Positions 49,506-59,652 of a stretch of DNA of 64,000 nucleotides are shown piece after piece. Position 1 is the stretch's first letter. Every line of letters starts with the position of its first letter. Source of the stretch: Chloroflexota bacterium (GTDB lineage Bacteria > Chloroflexota > Anaerolineae > Aggregatilineales > J027); assembly GCA_013112715.1 (NCBI GenBank), contig JABFGB010000014.1, forward strand, positions 16,509 through 80,508. The letters are read 5' to 3'. The notes under the pieces were generated by a model, which worked only from the letters and a program-made list of their open reading frames with translations, was not told where the DNA came from and did not search any database. The position numbers and the translations under genes were made by a program.

Positions 49506-50375
49506 TTACCCCTTAATACTGCCCATCGTCAACCCTGCCTTGAGGTAACGCTGCATCAAAATGGCAATGAGCAGGGGTGGGAGCAGGGCCATGAATGCCG
49601 CCGCCATTTGCAGATTCACACCATAATCTTTGGCAACATAAAACAGACGGACGGTGATGGGCTGGCGCTCGGGGTCACTAATAACCAGCAGTGGCAGAAG
49701 ATAATCTTTCCAAATATTCATGAACGACAGAATACCCAAAATGATGATGATGGAACGGGACAGGGGCAGGACAATATAAACCAGCGTTTGAAATGAAGAC
49801 GCTCCATCAATTTTGGCGCTATCGGTAATGTCTGGTGGAATCCGATCAAAGAAACTCTTGAGGACAAAAATCCCAAAGGCATCCGCCGCGTAGGGTATCC
49901 ACAGCCCCCAATAACTGTCCAAAATGCTTTTATGCACAATGGGTAGGTTGCCCAATGTCACAAATAGGGGCACGAGATAGGCAATGCTGGGAATCATTAG
50001 AGTTAGCAGAAATGCCAGCATGACAAGTTGGCGACCAAATGGCTTGAGTTGGGACAACGAATAGGCCGCCATGACGGAGACCGTCAACCGCAGCAAGACG
50101 CTTACTGTGACGATGATAAACGAATTGCGGAACAACTTCAGCATCTTGAAGTCTTCCCATGCGTCCCGGTAATTGTGCCACTGGGCTTTTTGGGGGATAA
50201 GGTTGAGGCCGGAGTTGAAAACCTCAAGACTCCCTTTTAGGCCGGATGTGAAGGCATAGACGAAGGGAAATAGCACAATCAGGGCTAAGATAGTGAGGAT
50301 GACAACTGTGACCCCGTAATAAATCCGGCCTTTGGGGGTTTTTAATTCGATACTTGATAAAAATCCGCGATCCAT
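49506..50375 (-). CDS. Carbohydrate ABC transporter permease
   Basis: MalG/UgpE-type pattern (DSAKIDGASSFQTLVYIVLPLS) and six TMs. Confidence 0.88.
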   Translation of the reverse strand: MDRGFLSSIELKTPKGRIYYGVTVVILTILALIVLFPFVYAFTSGLKGSLEVFNSGLNLIPQKAQWHNYRDAWEDFKMLKLFRNSFIIVTVSVLLRLTVSVMAAYSLSQLKPFGRQLVMLAFLLTLMIPSIAYLVPLFVTLGNLPIVHKSILDSYWGLWIPYAADAFGIFVLKSFFDRIPPDITDSAKIDGASSFQTLVYIVLPLSRSIIIILGILSFMNIWKDYLLPLLVISDPERQPITVRLFYVAKDYGVNLQMAAAFMALLPPLLIAILMQRYLKAGLTMGSIKG

Positions 50376-50387
50376 GTTTGGCCTCCC

Positions 50388-51329
50388 CTAATTTTCTTGT
50401 CTTGCGGCGATACGGCGATTGGCGATTTGATAGAAGGCAGAGAAGGCTACCAAAACAATGACCAATACCACGCTCCACGCTGCCGCATACCCCATATCTG
50501 CGCGGCCAAAGGCACGGTTATAAATGTGCAGCACTGGCGTTAATGTCTCGCGTCGGCCCGGCCCTCCTTTGGTAAACAAGAAGGGTTCGGTGAATACCTG
50601 CACGACTGCCAAAATTTGCAGTACGAAGAGCAGCGACATGATGGGGAAAAGGTGGGGCAGGGTGATATGCCGAATACGCATCAATGGGGATGCGCCATCC
50701 AATTCTGCTGCCTCATACAATTCAGTGGGGATGTCGAGTAAGCTGGACAAATAAATCAAGGTGGTGGTACCGAATGTCCCCCATGTCATGACTGCTACGA
50801 TAGAGGGTTTTGCCAATTTCGGGTCGTACAGCCACAGTTGGCCTTTGATGCCGAATAGCTCCAAGAATTCATTCAGTACGCCCGAATCCGGGTCATAAAT
50901 AAAGCGCCACACAATTACCGCGATGGAAACGGGCACAACGCTAGGCAAGAAATAAACAATGCGAAAGAACCCTTTGCCAAAGCGCATTTCTCGCACCAGA
51001 ATCGCTACAACGACTGGCACGGCATACCCCAACAAAATACTCCACGAGGCGAATTCGATGCTGTTCTCAAAAATTATTTTGCGAGCAGGGTCTTTCTTCA
51101 TGAGTTCATAGTTTTCGAACCCGACATTCTTAGATTCACCGATCAGGCTGACTTCTTGAAAACTCATCTGGAAGGCACGCACAATGGGATACCACGCCAC
51201 CAGCGCAAATACGATAATCGCAGGCAGTAGGAACAAGTATCCGTTGAGATGCCGAGTGAGTCGGTAGGGTAGCACCGAAAAAGGTCGTGTAATCGCTTGT
51301 GTGGTTTGCAAAGCGTAAGTAAGTTTCAT
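50388..51329 (-). CDS. Carbohydrate ABC transporter permease
   Basis: MalF/UgpA-type pattern (EAAELDGASPLMRIRHITLPHL) and six TMs. Confidence 0.88.
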   Translation of the reverse strand: MKLTYALQTTQAITRPFSVLPYRLTRHLNGYLFLLPAIIVFALVAWYPIVRAFQMSFQEVSLIGESKNVGFENYELMKKDPARKIIFENSIEFASWSILLGYAVPVVVAILVREMRFGKGFFRIVYFLPSVVPVSIAVIVWRFIYDPDSGVLNEFLELFGIKGQLWLYDPKLAKPSIVAVMTWGTFGTTTLIYLSSLLDIPTELYEAAELDGASPLMRIRHITLPHLFPIMSLLFVLQILAVVQVFTEPFLFTKGGPGRRETLTPVLHIYNRAFGRADMGYAAAWSVVLVIVLVAFSAFYQIANRRIAARQEN

Positions 51330-51389
51330 AAGTGGGACTCCTTAAAAAAAGTCGGGCGGGACCCCTTCCTACCCGACCTCGGACATCTC

Positions 51390-52793
51390 TTAGCGATCAA
51401 GCACGAAGGCTTGGAATTCTTCGGCAACCTCAGCGAGGCGGCTTTCAGGGTCGCTGTTTTCATCGCTCAAAATCTCGCTGACCAGCACACCCAGTTCCGC
51501 ATAGTAATCCTGCGCTGCGGCGGGTGGTTCGGCTTGCAAGGTCACTTCGCCAGCCTTAACTGCGTCGTTGAAGGCGGTATAGTTCTCAACGGGCAGCACA
51601 TTGTATTGTGCTTCAAACGTCTCACGCGCAGTCTGATAGTCGCCCACGTACAGCGGCAGAACGGGCTGACCAATGGCGCGACCTTGTTCTGAAAGGGTGA
51701 TCGTCGAGGTTTCATATTCAACAGGGTCGAATTGACGCCATGCTTGGAAGTAAAAAGCAGCTTCTTGTTCATCGGCGGAAGCGCTGCCATTGACCATCCA
51801 CAAATTACCACCCGTTAGCGCCACGCGACCATTCGGGCCAGCAGGCATCGCAGCATAACCGAACTTGCTTAGATCGGCATCTGGGAATTGGTTGTTCATG
51901 AAGCCGAATTGATCGCCTGCATAAATTACCATCGCCACGCGCTCAGAAGCCAATGCTTCGGTGATCGTGCCCCAATCAAGGGTTGCACCGGGCAGTACGT
52001 CATATTCCCAGCGTAGGTCATGAACGAAATTGAGCGCATCAACCGTTGGGCCTTCGCCAAATTGAGCACTATACTCGCCATCACCTTCGGGCTTGATGAT
52101 GCCTTCGGGGGTCGCACCAAAGCCGTAGGCGATATTGGTATAATGCCAACCCGTCGCGCCGGAGCCGTCATTGATAAAGGCAAAACCCGCCACGCCATTG
52201 TCATGATCGGTCAAAGCAACTGCCATTTCGGCCAGTTCTTCCCATGTTGCAGGGGGAGCGTCAAAACCTGCATCGGCTAGCATCTGGATGTTGTAGGCCA
52301 AACCAAGTGAATAGGCGAAATCTGGAATTCCGTAGACTTTGCCGTCTTGACTGGCAATCGCAAGGACATTAGGATTAAATACGCTGTTGAGTCCAGTCGC
52401 TTCATAATAGGTGGTTAAATCCGCCACCGCATTTTGCCCAATGAATTTTTCGGGTTCGGTGAAGTAAGTCTTAAAGAGTGTGGGGAGTTGGCCGCCTGCC
52501 ACTAATGCAAGATAGGCAATCGGATCATATTCCAATTCCAAGCCTTCGATAGTCACATTGGGATACATTGCTTGGAATTTGGCGACCTGTGCTTCATAGA
52601 CCGCTAGTTCTTCCGCTAGGTCAGCCGGGGGCTTGTTGCTCACGGTGATATGAACGTCGCGGCCTTCCGCGATTTGCTCTGGCATGGTGAGAACGGCGGG
52701 GACTGATGGGCCATCTTGCCCGCGAGTAGGGGCTATGTGGAGGCTGGCGAGTGCCACAACTACGACCACGAGTAGTGAAAACTTCAATTTCAT
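51390..52793 (-). CDS. Carbohydrate ABC substrate-binding protein (family 1)
   Basis: Signal peptide plus a family-1 SBP pattern. First gene of the minus-strand sugar operon. Confidence 0.85.
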   Translation of the reverse strand: MKLKFSLLVVVVVALASLHIAPTRGQDGPSVPAVLTMPEQIAEGRDVHITVSNKPPADLAEELAVYEAQVAKFQAMYPNVTIEGLELEYDPIAYLALVAGGQLPTLFKTYFTEPEKFIGQNAVADLTTYYEATGLNSVFNPNVLAIASQDGKVYGIPDFAYSLGLAYNIQMLADAGFDAPPATWEELAEMAVALTDHDNGVAGFAFINDGSGATGWHYTNIAYGFGATPEGIIKPEGDGEYSAQFGEGPTVDALNFVHDLRWEYDVLPGATLDWGTITEALASERVAMVIYAGDQFGFMNNQFPDADLSKFGYAAMPAGPNGRVALTGGNLWMVNGSASADEQEAAFYFQAWRQFDPVEYETSTITLSEQGRAIGQPVLPLYVGDYQTARETFEAQYNVLPVENYTAFNDAVKAGEVTLQAEPPAAAQDYYAELGVLVSEILSDENSDPESRLAEVAEEFQAFVLDR

Positions 52794-52881
52794 AATCTTA
52801 TGTCTCCTAAACTGATTATGATAATGTTAGGTTGTTAGACTGCTGCCGATAGTTTTTCACGGAAATTATCGGCGTTTGATC

Positions 52882-52901
52882 TTTTTGAGACGTCTCAAAA
52901 A
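52882..52901. promoter_or_regulatory. Perfect 20-bp palindrome, probable LacI-family operator
   Basis: TTTTTGAGAC|GTCTCAAAAA is exactly self-complementary with a central CG, like symmetric lac-type operators. It lies between the divergent SBP operon and the lacI-type gene. Confidence 0.7.
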
Positions 52902-52912
52902 TAGTGTATACT
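52885..52912 (+). promoter_or_regulatory. Candidate promoter of the LacI-type regulator, overlapping the operator
   Basis: TTGAGA (52885-52890), 16 nt spacer, TATACT (52907-52912). This is a sequence match only. Confidence 0.35.
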
Positions 52913-53000
52913 TAGACTATGGGTTTGTCAAGCAACTCGCCCCGACGATTTTTGGTATATTACTTTGGAATGGGTACTGACTAACGGCAGGAGAATTTCT

Positions 53001-54143
53001 ATGGCGACATTAAAAGAGGTAGCAGATTCAGCAGGTGTGCCAATGCTGACTGCGTTTCGGGCCCTAAATCAACACGACACCGTAGACGAGGTAACACGCC
53101 GTTGTGTGCAAGAGGCCGCCGATAAACTCAATTACACTTTGAAAATCACGCAGATAGATATTGCTGATTTGGCAGGCGTCGCCAAAGGCACAGTGTCTTA
53201 CGCGCTCAACAATAGCGAATTGATCAAACCAGCCACGCGACAAAAAGTCTTGGAAGCGGCCCAAATGTTGGGATACCACCTCAATATTTCGGCGCGAAAT
53301 TTACGCATGAACCGTACCGGGGTAGTGGGCTATTCATGGCACGTCGCGGATGACCCCAGCCGTATGAATAATTTGCTGGATCGGTTTATTTACCGTGTCA
53401 CGATGGCAGCGGAGGAACGCCACTTCCATCTCTTGACGTTTGTGCAACCCCAAAAGAATGCGGATCGAGTCTATGAGTCACTAATTTCGACCAGTCGAGT
53501 GGATGGATTTATTATCTCGGATGTTACCTATAACGACCCACGCATTGCCCGCCTGACGGCTATGCGAGCACCCTTTGCAGCCTTCGGTGGGATGTATCTG
53601 GAAAATGCTGATTTTGCCTATGTAGATGTAGATGGCAAAAAAGGTATCCGGTTGGTGATGGATCATTTATTTGAACAGGGGCATGAACGTATCGGCCTCT
53701 TAGGTTGGCCGTCGGGTTGGCCTTTTGGTGATGCACGCGAGGTCAGTTATCGAGAGGCCATGCGTGATGCAGGGATTCGTATCGAAAACGGCTGGATTGC
53801 TCATACACATAATATCCTAGATTCGGCAGCGATGGCCGCACAAAAAATCATGAATTCCAAATTTCCACCAACGGCCCTCGTTTGTGCCAATGATCTGATG
53901 GCGTTCGGTGCAAAATCCTATCTGGATAGTGTGAATTTACGTATACCCGACGACGTGGCCCTAACAGGTTACGATGATGACCCCACTGCCCAGTTTCTTG
54001 GGATTACCTCAGTTCATCAGCCCATTGATGAGCTTGCCGAGGCTTTATTTGAAATTTTGTTGGGGGACATCAATCAAGAACCACTTCCCAACCGACAAAT
54101 CATTTTCAACCCGGAACTGGTCATTCGAAGAAGCACCCAATAG
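53001..54143 (+). CDS. LacI-family transcriptional regulator with two tandem N-terminal HTH domains
   Basis: HTH 1: ATLKEVADSAGVPMLTAFRALNQHDTVDEVTRRCVQEAADKLNY. HTH 2: QIDIADLAGVAKGTVSYALNNSELIKPATRQKVLEAAQMLGYHLNISARNLR. A periplasmic-binding-fold core follows. AGGAGA lies upstream of ATG 53001. Confidence 0.85.
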   Translation: MATLKEVADSAGVPMLTAFRALNQHDTVDEVTRRCVQEAADKLNYTLKITQIDIADLAGVAKGTVSYALNNSELIKPATRQKVLEAAQMLGYHLNISARNLRMNRTGVVGYSWHVADDPSRMNNLLDRFIYRVTMAAEERHFHLLTFVQPQKNADRVYESLISTSRVDGFIISDVTYNDPRIARLTAMRAPFAAFGGMYLENADFAYVDVDGKKGIRLVMDHLFEQGHERIGLLGWPSGWPFGDAREVSYREAMRDAGIRIENGWIAHTHNILDSAAMAAQKIMNSKFPPTALVCANDLMAFGAKSYLDSVNLRIPDDVALTGYDDDPTAQFLGITSVHQPIDELAEALFEILLGDINQEPLPNRQIIFNPELVIRRSTQ

Positions 54144-54276
54144 CCTATAGGAGCAAAAATAACCAGCCTCATTCACTTAGAAGAATCACTTGGAGGCATG
54201 GGTGGTCGGGGACTACCTTCACCCACCACGACCACCTTGTTCTTGCTAAGTTTTGACCCATAGGGATTGGTTGCTC

Positions 54277-57129
54277 TCAACTGTTGATTTCCGCAAGCAT
54301 CATGCCCGCTGCGTAGTCTGCCACCGTCATAATAGACAGTTGTGGGTTGACCTGTACCGATGTTGGGAAAACGCTGGCATCAGTGACCCACACATTTTGT
54401 AGGGTGTGGGAGCGCATATTTTCGTTAATGACACCCTTATCGGGGTCACGATTGATCGCATTACCGCCTTGGGGATGCGCTGACGCAACATAGAGGTCTT
54501 CCGCCCGCTGAATTTTTTCATCTATCATCTGGGCAATCTTGGCACTATCATCTCCCGCCCGAAATTCCAAATCCACATAGGTCGAAGGCATCACCCGCAT
54601 CGCGCCTGCCGCCAAATAGACCTCCGCCATCAGCCGGATGCCATCTTTTAGAGCCTGATACGTCGACGCATCCTTTTCCAGTGAATAACTGAATCCGGGG
54701 AGATACCGACCCACAACGGGTAGCGGGGTGCGCACTTCTCCAATAGCGGAACTCGGCACCATTACCCCACCGTTGGCAAGATAGGCATAGCGTTGCATGT
54801 TATAAAAGTGTTCCATAAACCACCCCGGCATCGCCATCGCAAACAGAGCAGGGGGATTAAACAGCGTTTCCAACATATACCCGTCGGCCTCAAGATAGCC
54901 ACACATCTGTACCCCATCATAACCACGCACGGGTTGTGGGAATTCAGCACTGACCGCCGCGCCGATGTTAAAGGACAGTCCTTTTCCAACCGGGCCTTTC
55001 AAACCACTATTGAGGAGTAATAGAGATGAGGCAATCGTGCCGCACGCCACCACAAAATAATCGGCATGGACATAAAAATCATGTTGGTCGTCCAATGTAC
55101 ATCGCAAGCCTACCGCTCGGCCATCTTGAATGTCGAGACGCAGGGCCTTGCAATTGGCAATCACTGTCGCCCCATGTGCTTCGGCGTCGGGAATGAAGGT
55201 CTCCAACATGGACATTTTTTTTCCATAACGACAGCCGATATTGCAGTATCCACAACCTACACAACCATCAAAATTCAGTTCAAACCATGCTGGCCCACCC
55301 TTGATGCGCCCTTGATCCAAGCCATTTTGCTTCAAGAGATTTGCACCCTCGGCGAATTTGAATGACCCCGGCCCGATTACCGCCTCCGGAATAGGCTTGA
55401 TATTGAGTCGCTGACGGACACGCTGGGCAGATTCCTTCAATTTTGTGCTATCAAGGCTTGCTCCTATCAATTTCCAATTTGCTACTACCTTGTCTGGCAG
55501 GTCGAAACAAATGCCATTGTTATGAACCGTGCTGCCTCCCACACATGCTCCTTGCAAAACGGGCATGTTCAGTTCCATGCTGATTTGCATTCCGCCATCT
55601 TTGTACAGCGCCGCGATCATATCCGGTTCGGATTGCGTAAACTGCGATGCTCGTAAATAAGAGCCAGCCTCCAAAATGGTTACTTCACCGGGGAATGCCT
55701 GTGCCAAGCGTGCTGCGGCAACCGCGCCACCCGCCCCGCTGCCAATCACACATATTTTGCAGTGGTGTTCCCGTTCACGCACGACATTTAACGTGGTTTC
55801 TGGCCCGACCGCTGGGGTGATGGGAATGTCAGCGGCAATCAAGTTTTGGTAGCGTGGTCGCTTTGGAAATGGCTCAAAACCTACTTGGGAATAGGTGCGT
55901 GGGTCGGAATAATAGCCCAATACAATGAGTTGTTTGATCTGTATCATGGGGCGATAAATGCCACGCCCCCGCCGAAAGACGTATTCGATAAACTGCCGCC
56001 GTTCTAAATAACCCATACGTGACATAGAGAGGTGCAAGCCCCACAGCGGCCTCAGAAAGGTCACAAAGAGCAGCGAAATCATGGCGCTCAATTTACGTGG
56101 GGAGTGTACACGCGAAAGATAACGGTCAACATTCATAGCGACTGCTTGCGGAGTGACGACCTCAGTGATGCCGTCACTGTCCCGCTGTTTCTCAGCTGCA
56201 AGTGGGCCTTCAATAATAACCTCAGCAAACGCCTCTAGTTCTCTGAATAGCCAGAATGGGATATATAGCCCTGAATAAACCGACTGCTCGGCAGCGAGAC
56301 GCACCACAATTGTCACGACTGTAAAGCCTAGCAGCAACCATAGGGCGGTTTTGGAATAATCCCCTGTCCAATCAAAGGCTGTTGCGACGAATAGAGTGAG
56401 GGTGCCCATCACGAGAACTGTCACCAACATATCTCCCATCATCAAACGCCAGCGGGGTCGCCATCGCACAAACAGGCCGGATGCCATGACCATTACCAAC
56501 GCCATACCACTGCCTGCCACAAAAAGGGGGTTGCCAATCCGACTCGAAGCCTCGGATGAACCCAGTTGCAATGCGATAATCAAGCCACTTGCGATTGCTC
56601 CAACGGCAGCGATTAACACCGCCCATTGACCGAGCCGTTTTTGGGCAGGGGTTAGGGCTGCTTGGCTTTCGGGTTTAAAAGGCACGGGTTCACACGAAAT
56701 AAACCCCCGTCCGATGCGATAATCATAAATCGGCACGGCGAATATCCATGTTAAGGCGGCACTTCCTACACCAACCAATAGGCCGATCACCAGCGCCATT
56801 TGGGTCAGGGTGTCATCGGTCACGCGCAAAAAGGCGGCCATGATGACCGCTGCCAACAGCGTTGTCCCGATAAGGATGTCTGCAAAATAGGCGTTTTCCC
56901 GCACACCATCCCGCAGGGTTTGGATGGCGTAGAACGTCCCGCTCAAGCCGCCAATCGTCAGCGCAAAGAAAATCGGATTACCCAGATAGGCGGTGCTTTT
57001 TAAACCCAGAGCCGCGATGAGCAGTGTCCCAATGAGGACAATGCCGATATAAATCCCCCAGACATTCATCCATTTTTTGAACTTTTTTTCGGGGGGTGTT
57101 AGTTCATAAAACTTGGCCGAAGCATCCAT
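54277..57129 (-). CDS. GMC-family FAD oxidoreductase fused to an N-terminal polytopic membrane domain and a gluconate-2-dehydrogenase-subunit-3-like linker
   Basis: About 300 aa of TM helices. A segment ending LIVLGYYSDPRTY. The FAD motif CVIGSGAGGAVAAARLA, then CVGCGYCNIGCRYGKK and a GMC C-terminal region (ASAHPQGGNA). Confidence 0.75.
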   Translation of the reverse strand: MDASAKFYELTPPEKKFKKWMNVWGIYIGIVLIGTLLIAALGLKSTAYLGNPIFFALTIGGLSGTFYAIQTLRDGVRENAYFADILIGTTLLAAVIMAAFLRVTDDTLTQMALVIGLLVGVGSAALTWIFAVPIYDYRIGRGFISCEPVPFKPESQAALTPAQKRLGQWAVLIAAVGAIASGLIIALQLGSSEASSRIGNPLFVAGSGMALVMVMASGLFVRWRPRWRLMMGDMLVTVLVMGTLTLFVATAFDWTGDYSKTALWLLLGFTVVTIVVRLAAEQSVYSGLYIPFWLFRELEAFAEVIIEGPLAAEKQRDSDGITEVVTPQAVAMNVDRYLSRVHSPRKLSAMISLLFVTFLRPLWGLHLSMSRMGYLERRQFIEYVFRRGRGIYRPMIQIKQLIVLGYYSDPRTYSQVGFEPFPKRPRYQNLIAADIPITPAVGPETTLNVVREREHHCKICVIGSGAGGAVAAARLAQAFPGEVTILEAGSYLRASQFTQSEPDMIAALYKDGGMQISMELNMPVLQGACVGGSTVHNNGICFDLPDKVVANWKLIGASLDSTKLKESAQRVRQRLNIKPIPEAVIGPGSFKFAEGANLLKQNGLDQGRIKGGPAWFELNFDGCVGCGYCNIGCRYGKKMSMLETFIPDAEAHGATVIANCKALRLDIQDGRAVGLRCTLDDQHDFYVHADYFVVACGTIASSLLLLNSGLKGPVGKGLSFNIGAAVSAEFPQPVRGYDGVQMCGYLEADGYMLETLFNPPALFAMAMPGWFMEHFYNMQRYAYLANGGVMVPSSAIGEVRTPLPVVGRYLPGFSYSLEKDASTYQALKDGIRLMAEVYLAAGAMRVMPSTYVDLEFRAGDDSAKIAQMIDEKIQRAEDLYVASAHPQGGNAINRDPDKGVINENMRSHTLQNVWVTDASVFPTSVQVNPQLSIMTVADYAAGMMLAEINS

Positions 57130-57137
57130 ACTACCTC

Positions 57138-58460
57138 CTATTCAAATCCGGATGGGCTGAATACCGACATGACTTCACGGATCATGGCCTCGTAATCGCC
57201 GTCATAGCGGGACACTTCGTAGCAGCCAAGCGGGTTTTCAATCACGTTTGCCAAACACTTGTTGCAGTGGGTACAGGGCTTATCAGGCCGATCCTTGCCT
57301 TGCGCAAAAATCTTCACGAGATCGTTGTTGGCGACCAACGCGCGGGCGATACTGACCCCATCACACGCCCCGGTGTTAATCGCCTGACGGATAAATGAGG
57401 CGGTTTGGAAGCCACCTGTACACAGGACTGGGATTTGTACCTCCTTTTTGATCGCTCGGCTGTCCTCAAGATTGACCCCTTCAATCACCTTGCCACGCTG
57501 CCGATTCCATAACAACCGGAAGATGGGACGCAGTAGCCGATAGCGCATCAAGAGGAAGTTGCGGAAGGTAAAAACACCACTCGAAATCATGCTGTCGTAG
57601 GTTTGGGCGATCATTTCGGCGGGTAGGCCGCCAATCGGATTTCGGGGGTGGGGGAATAGACTGCCTGTGGAAACATGAATAGCGTCCGCACCAGCCTCCT
57701 CAATCCATCGGCAGACTTGGATCGAATCATCGAGTGTATTGCCCTTCTTTTCCCACGGGATGACGGCGGCGTTGTAATCTACCGCGCTGATTTTGACCTG
57801 CAAATGGAAATCGTGACCCACTTCGCGGCGAATGGCCCGAATAATGTCCAATAGAAACCGCGCTCGATTCTCCAATGACCCGCCATATTCATCCGTCCGG
57901 TCATTGACCCCTGAACTCAGAAATTGGGTAATGAGATAGCCGTTTGCCCCATGCAATTCCACCCCATCCAATCCGGCTTGGCGGGCACGTCTGGCTCCGT
58001 CGGCAAAATACTGCACGGTCTCTTGAATTTCGGCGTGGGTCATGGCCTGTGGACGAAAGCCATGAAAAGATTCGGTTTTGCCCGTTGAACTCAGCGGCTT
58101 GCGTTTCAGATTTTCGACCCCGGCGATGTCCTGCTGCCGCCCTGAATGGCTCAGTTGCAGAATAAACTTGCAGTCATATTCATGCACTTTTTCACCCAGT
58201 TTGCGCCAAAATGGGATGCGTTCATCGCGGTCAATGGTGGCGTAATTGGGCACGATGCGCCCTCGGATGGACACAGGGACGAATGAGGAAATAATGCCGC
58301 CAACACCACCCCGCGCAAACTTTTCTTCCCAATTAATGCGCGTTTGAGTACCAGAACCATCATAGTTATCAAAGCGACCTGAGATATTGGAGCGAAAAAC
58401 ACGGTTTTTGACGGTGAGGTTACGAAAATTGAGCGGTTGAAAAATGATGTCGGGTTCCAT
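57138..58460 (-). CDS. Old Yellow Enzyme-family NADH:flavin oxidoreductase
   Basis: FQPLNFRNLTVKNRVFRSNI, LQLSHSGRQ, GLDGVELHGANGYLITQFLS, and a C-terminal CTHCNKC. Confidence 0.85.
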   Translation of the reverse strand: MEPDIIFQPLNFRNLTVKNRVFRSNISGRFDNYDGSGTQTRINWEEKFARGGVGGIISSFVPVSIRGRIVPNYATIDRDERIPFWRKLGEKVHEYDCKFILQLSHSGRQQDIAGVENLKRKPLSSTGKTESFHGFRPQAMTHAEIQETVQYFADGARRARQAGLDGVELHGANGYLITQFLSSGVNDRTDEYGGSLENRARFLLDIIRAIRREVGHDFHLQVKISAVDYNAAVIPWEKKGNTLDDSIQVCRWIEEAGADAIHVSTGSLFPHPRNPIGGLPAEMIAQTYDSMISSGVFTFRNFLLMRYRLLRPIFRLLWNRQRGKVIEGVNLEDSRAIKKEVQIPVLCTGGFQTASFIRQAINTGACDGVSIARALVANNDLVKIFAQGKDRPDKPCTHCNKCLANVIENPLGCYEVSRYDGDYEAMIREVMSVFSPSGFE

Positions 58461-58543
58461 GCGGCGCTCTCCAATGGCGATGTTTAAGTCTTATGCGATC
58501 TTTGCTCCCTAACGTGTTGACGGGTAAATCGAATGAATGCCCA

Positions 58544-59110
58544 CTACCACGGCTTGTATTCAATCGGCTGGCGATGACCCAGCAGAAAATAGCAGTAAAA
58601 AACATTGAGCCGGGGCAAAAATTGGAGATATGCCTTACACAACACAAGGCTGTGGTCGCCCTCATTGGGTAGCACTACAAAGTCGCGGATGACCCGAAAA
58701 ATGAAATTGAAGCCCTTATTCATCGGGATGTTGTAGTTGTAATGCGCCAGATGTTGATAGGGTTGGCTCAGTTTTTGGGGTGGCTCATCTTGAACGAGCG
58801 AGGTGCGAAAATAACCGACTTGGATGGGCCGATTGTTTTTCATGCGGGATTGCCATTCGCCACGATAACCCTTGCCATCTTGGACGACCAGTTCATTATA
58901 GCCATACACTTTGTCGTCTTTTTTGTAGAAGCCCTTCTTAAATTTTCTGCCGGAAAGCGTCCCGACCCATTCATGATTCCAGCCGCAGTAGATATAGCCA
59001 TTCATTTGTTCCACGTCTGGGGGTTTTCCGGTGCGAAGGATTTGCTCAAGCGTAGAACGGTTTGCTTGGGCGAGGGTTTCATAGGTCCATGTCTGTCCGA
59101 GTGCGGTCAT
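58544..59110 (-). CDS. Hypothetical protein
   Basis: GGAGGA lies 4-5 nt upstream of ATG 59110; the longest ORF uses GTG 59164. I did not confidently recognise any domain. Confidence 0.5.
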   Translation of the reverse strand: MTALGQTWTYETLAQANRSTLEQILRTGKPPDVEQMNGYIYCGWNHEWVGTLSGRKFKKGFYKKDDKVYGYNELVVQDGKGYRGEWQSRMKNNRPIQVGYFRTSLVQDEPPQKLSQPYQHLAHYNYNIPMNKGFNFIFRVIRDFVVLPNEGDHSLVLCKAYLQFLPRLNVFYCYFLLGHRQPIEYKPW

Positions 59111-59652
59111 CTTGTCCTCCGATGCTGCGTTAATGTCGTGAACCGACTGATGCTCCGAAGTCACCTATGGATGTTGGATTGCTCTAATAGCAATAAATGT
59201 ATAATAAACCCAAATTGTCACATCGTAAACAAAAGTAATCCAAGCGGCACTTATTTCTCAGCAGGAGACCGCCAAAACCATGCCGAAAAATGCGCGGGGT
59301 AATCAGAGGGGTTTTATGGGGTGGCTTAAACGTGGCTAAATTTAGGCTAACCCCAAGACAATTCTCAGTGAAATAATCACCGCAAAAAGCAATGCGGCAA
59401 GATTAGCCGCAAGACAAGCAATGGCTAGAAAGTTGTAGGGTCTATTTGATTGATTCATGGTGTCGTCCAGTGCGCGTCTACATTTTTTGATACCATCAGG
59501 ATACGGCATCGCTCGGCTCGCCTAGAGTACATTTTCTCTGCTAAGAATAGATGGATAGCACAAAAATCATCCGATGCAGGCGATGACTTGGCGGTGGAGA
59601 TAGTGGGGAATAATGGACTTAGGTTGCCGATGAGGGAATAAAAACGAAGCTA

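Noticed and set aside
54144-54276. GGTGGTCG...CGACCACC pairing between the convergent lacI-type and GMC genes, as a terminator.
   Set aside because: The 8-bp stem has a loop of about 20 nt and no U/A tracts. The evidence is too weak to annotate.
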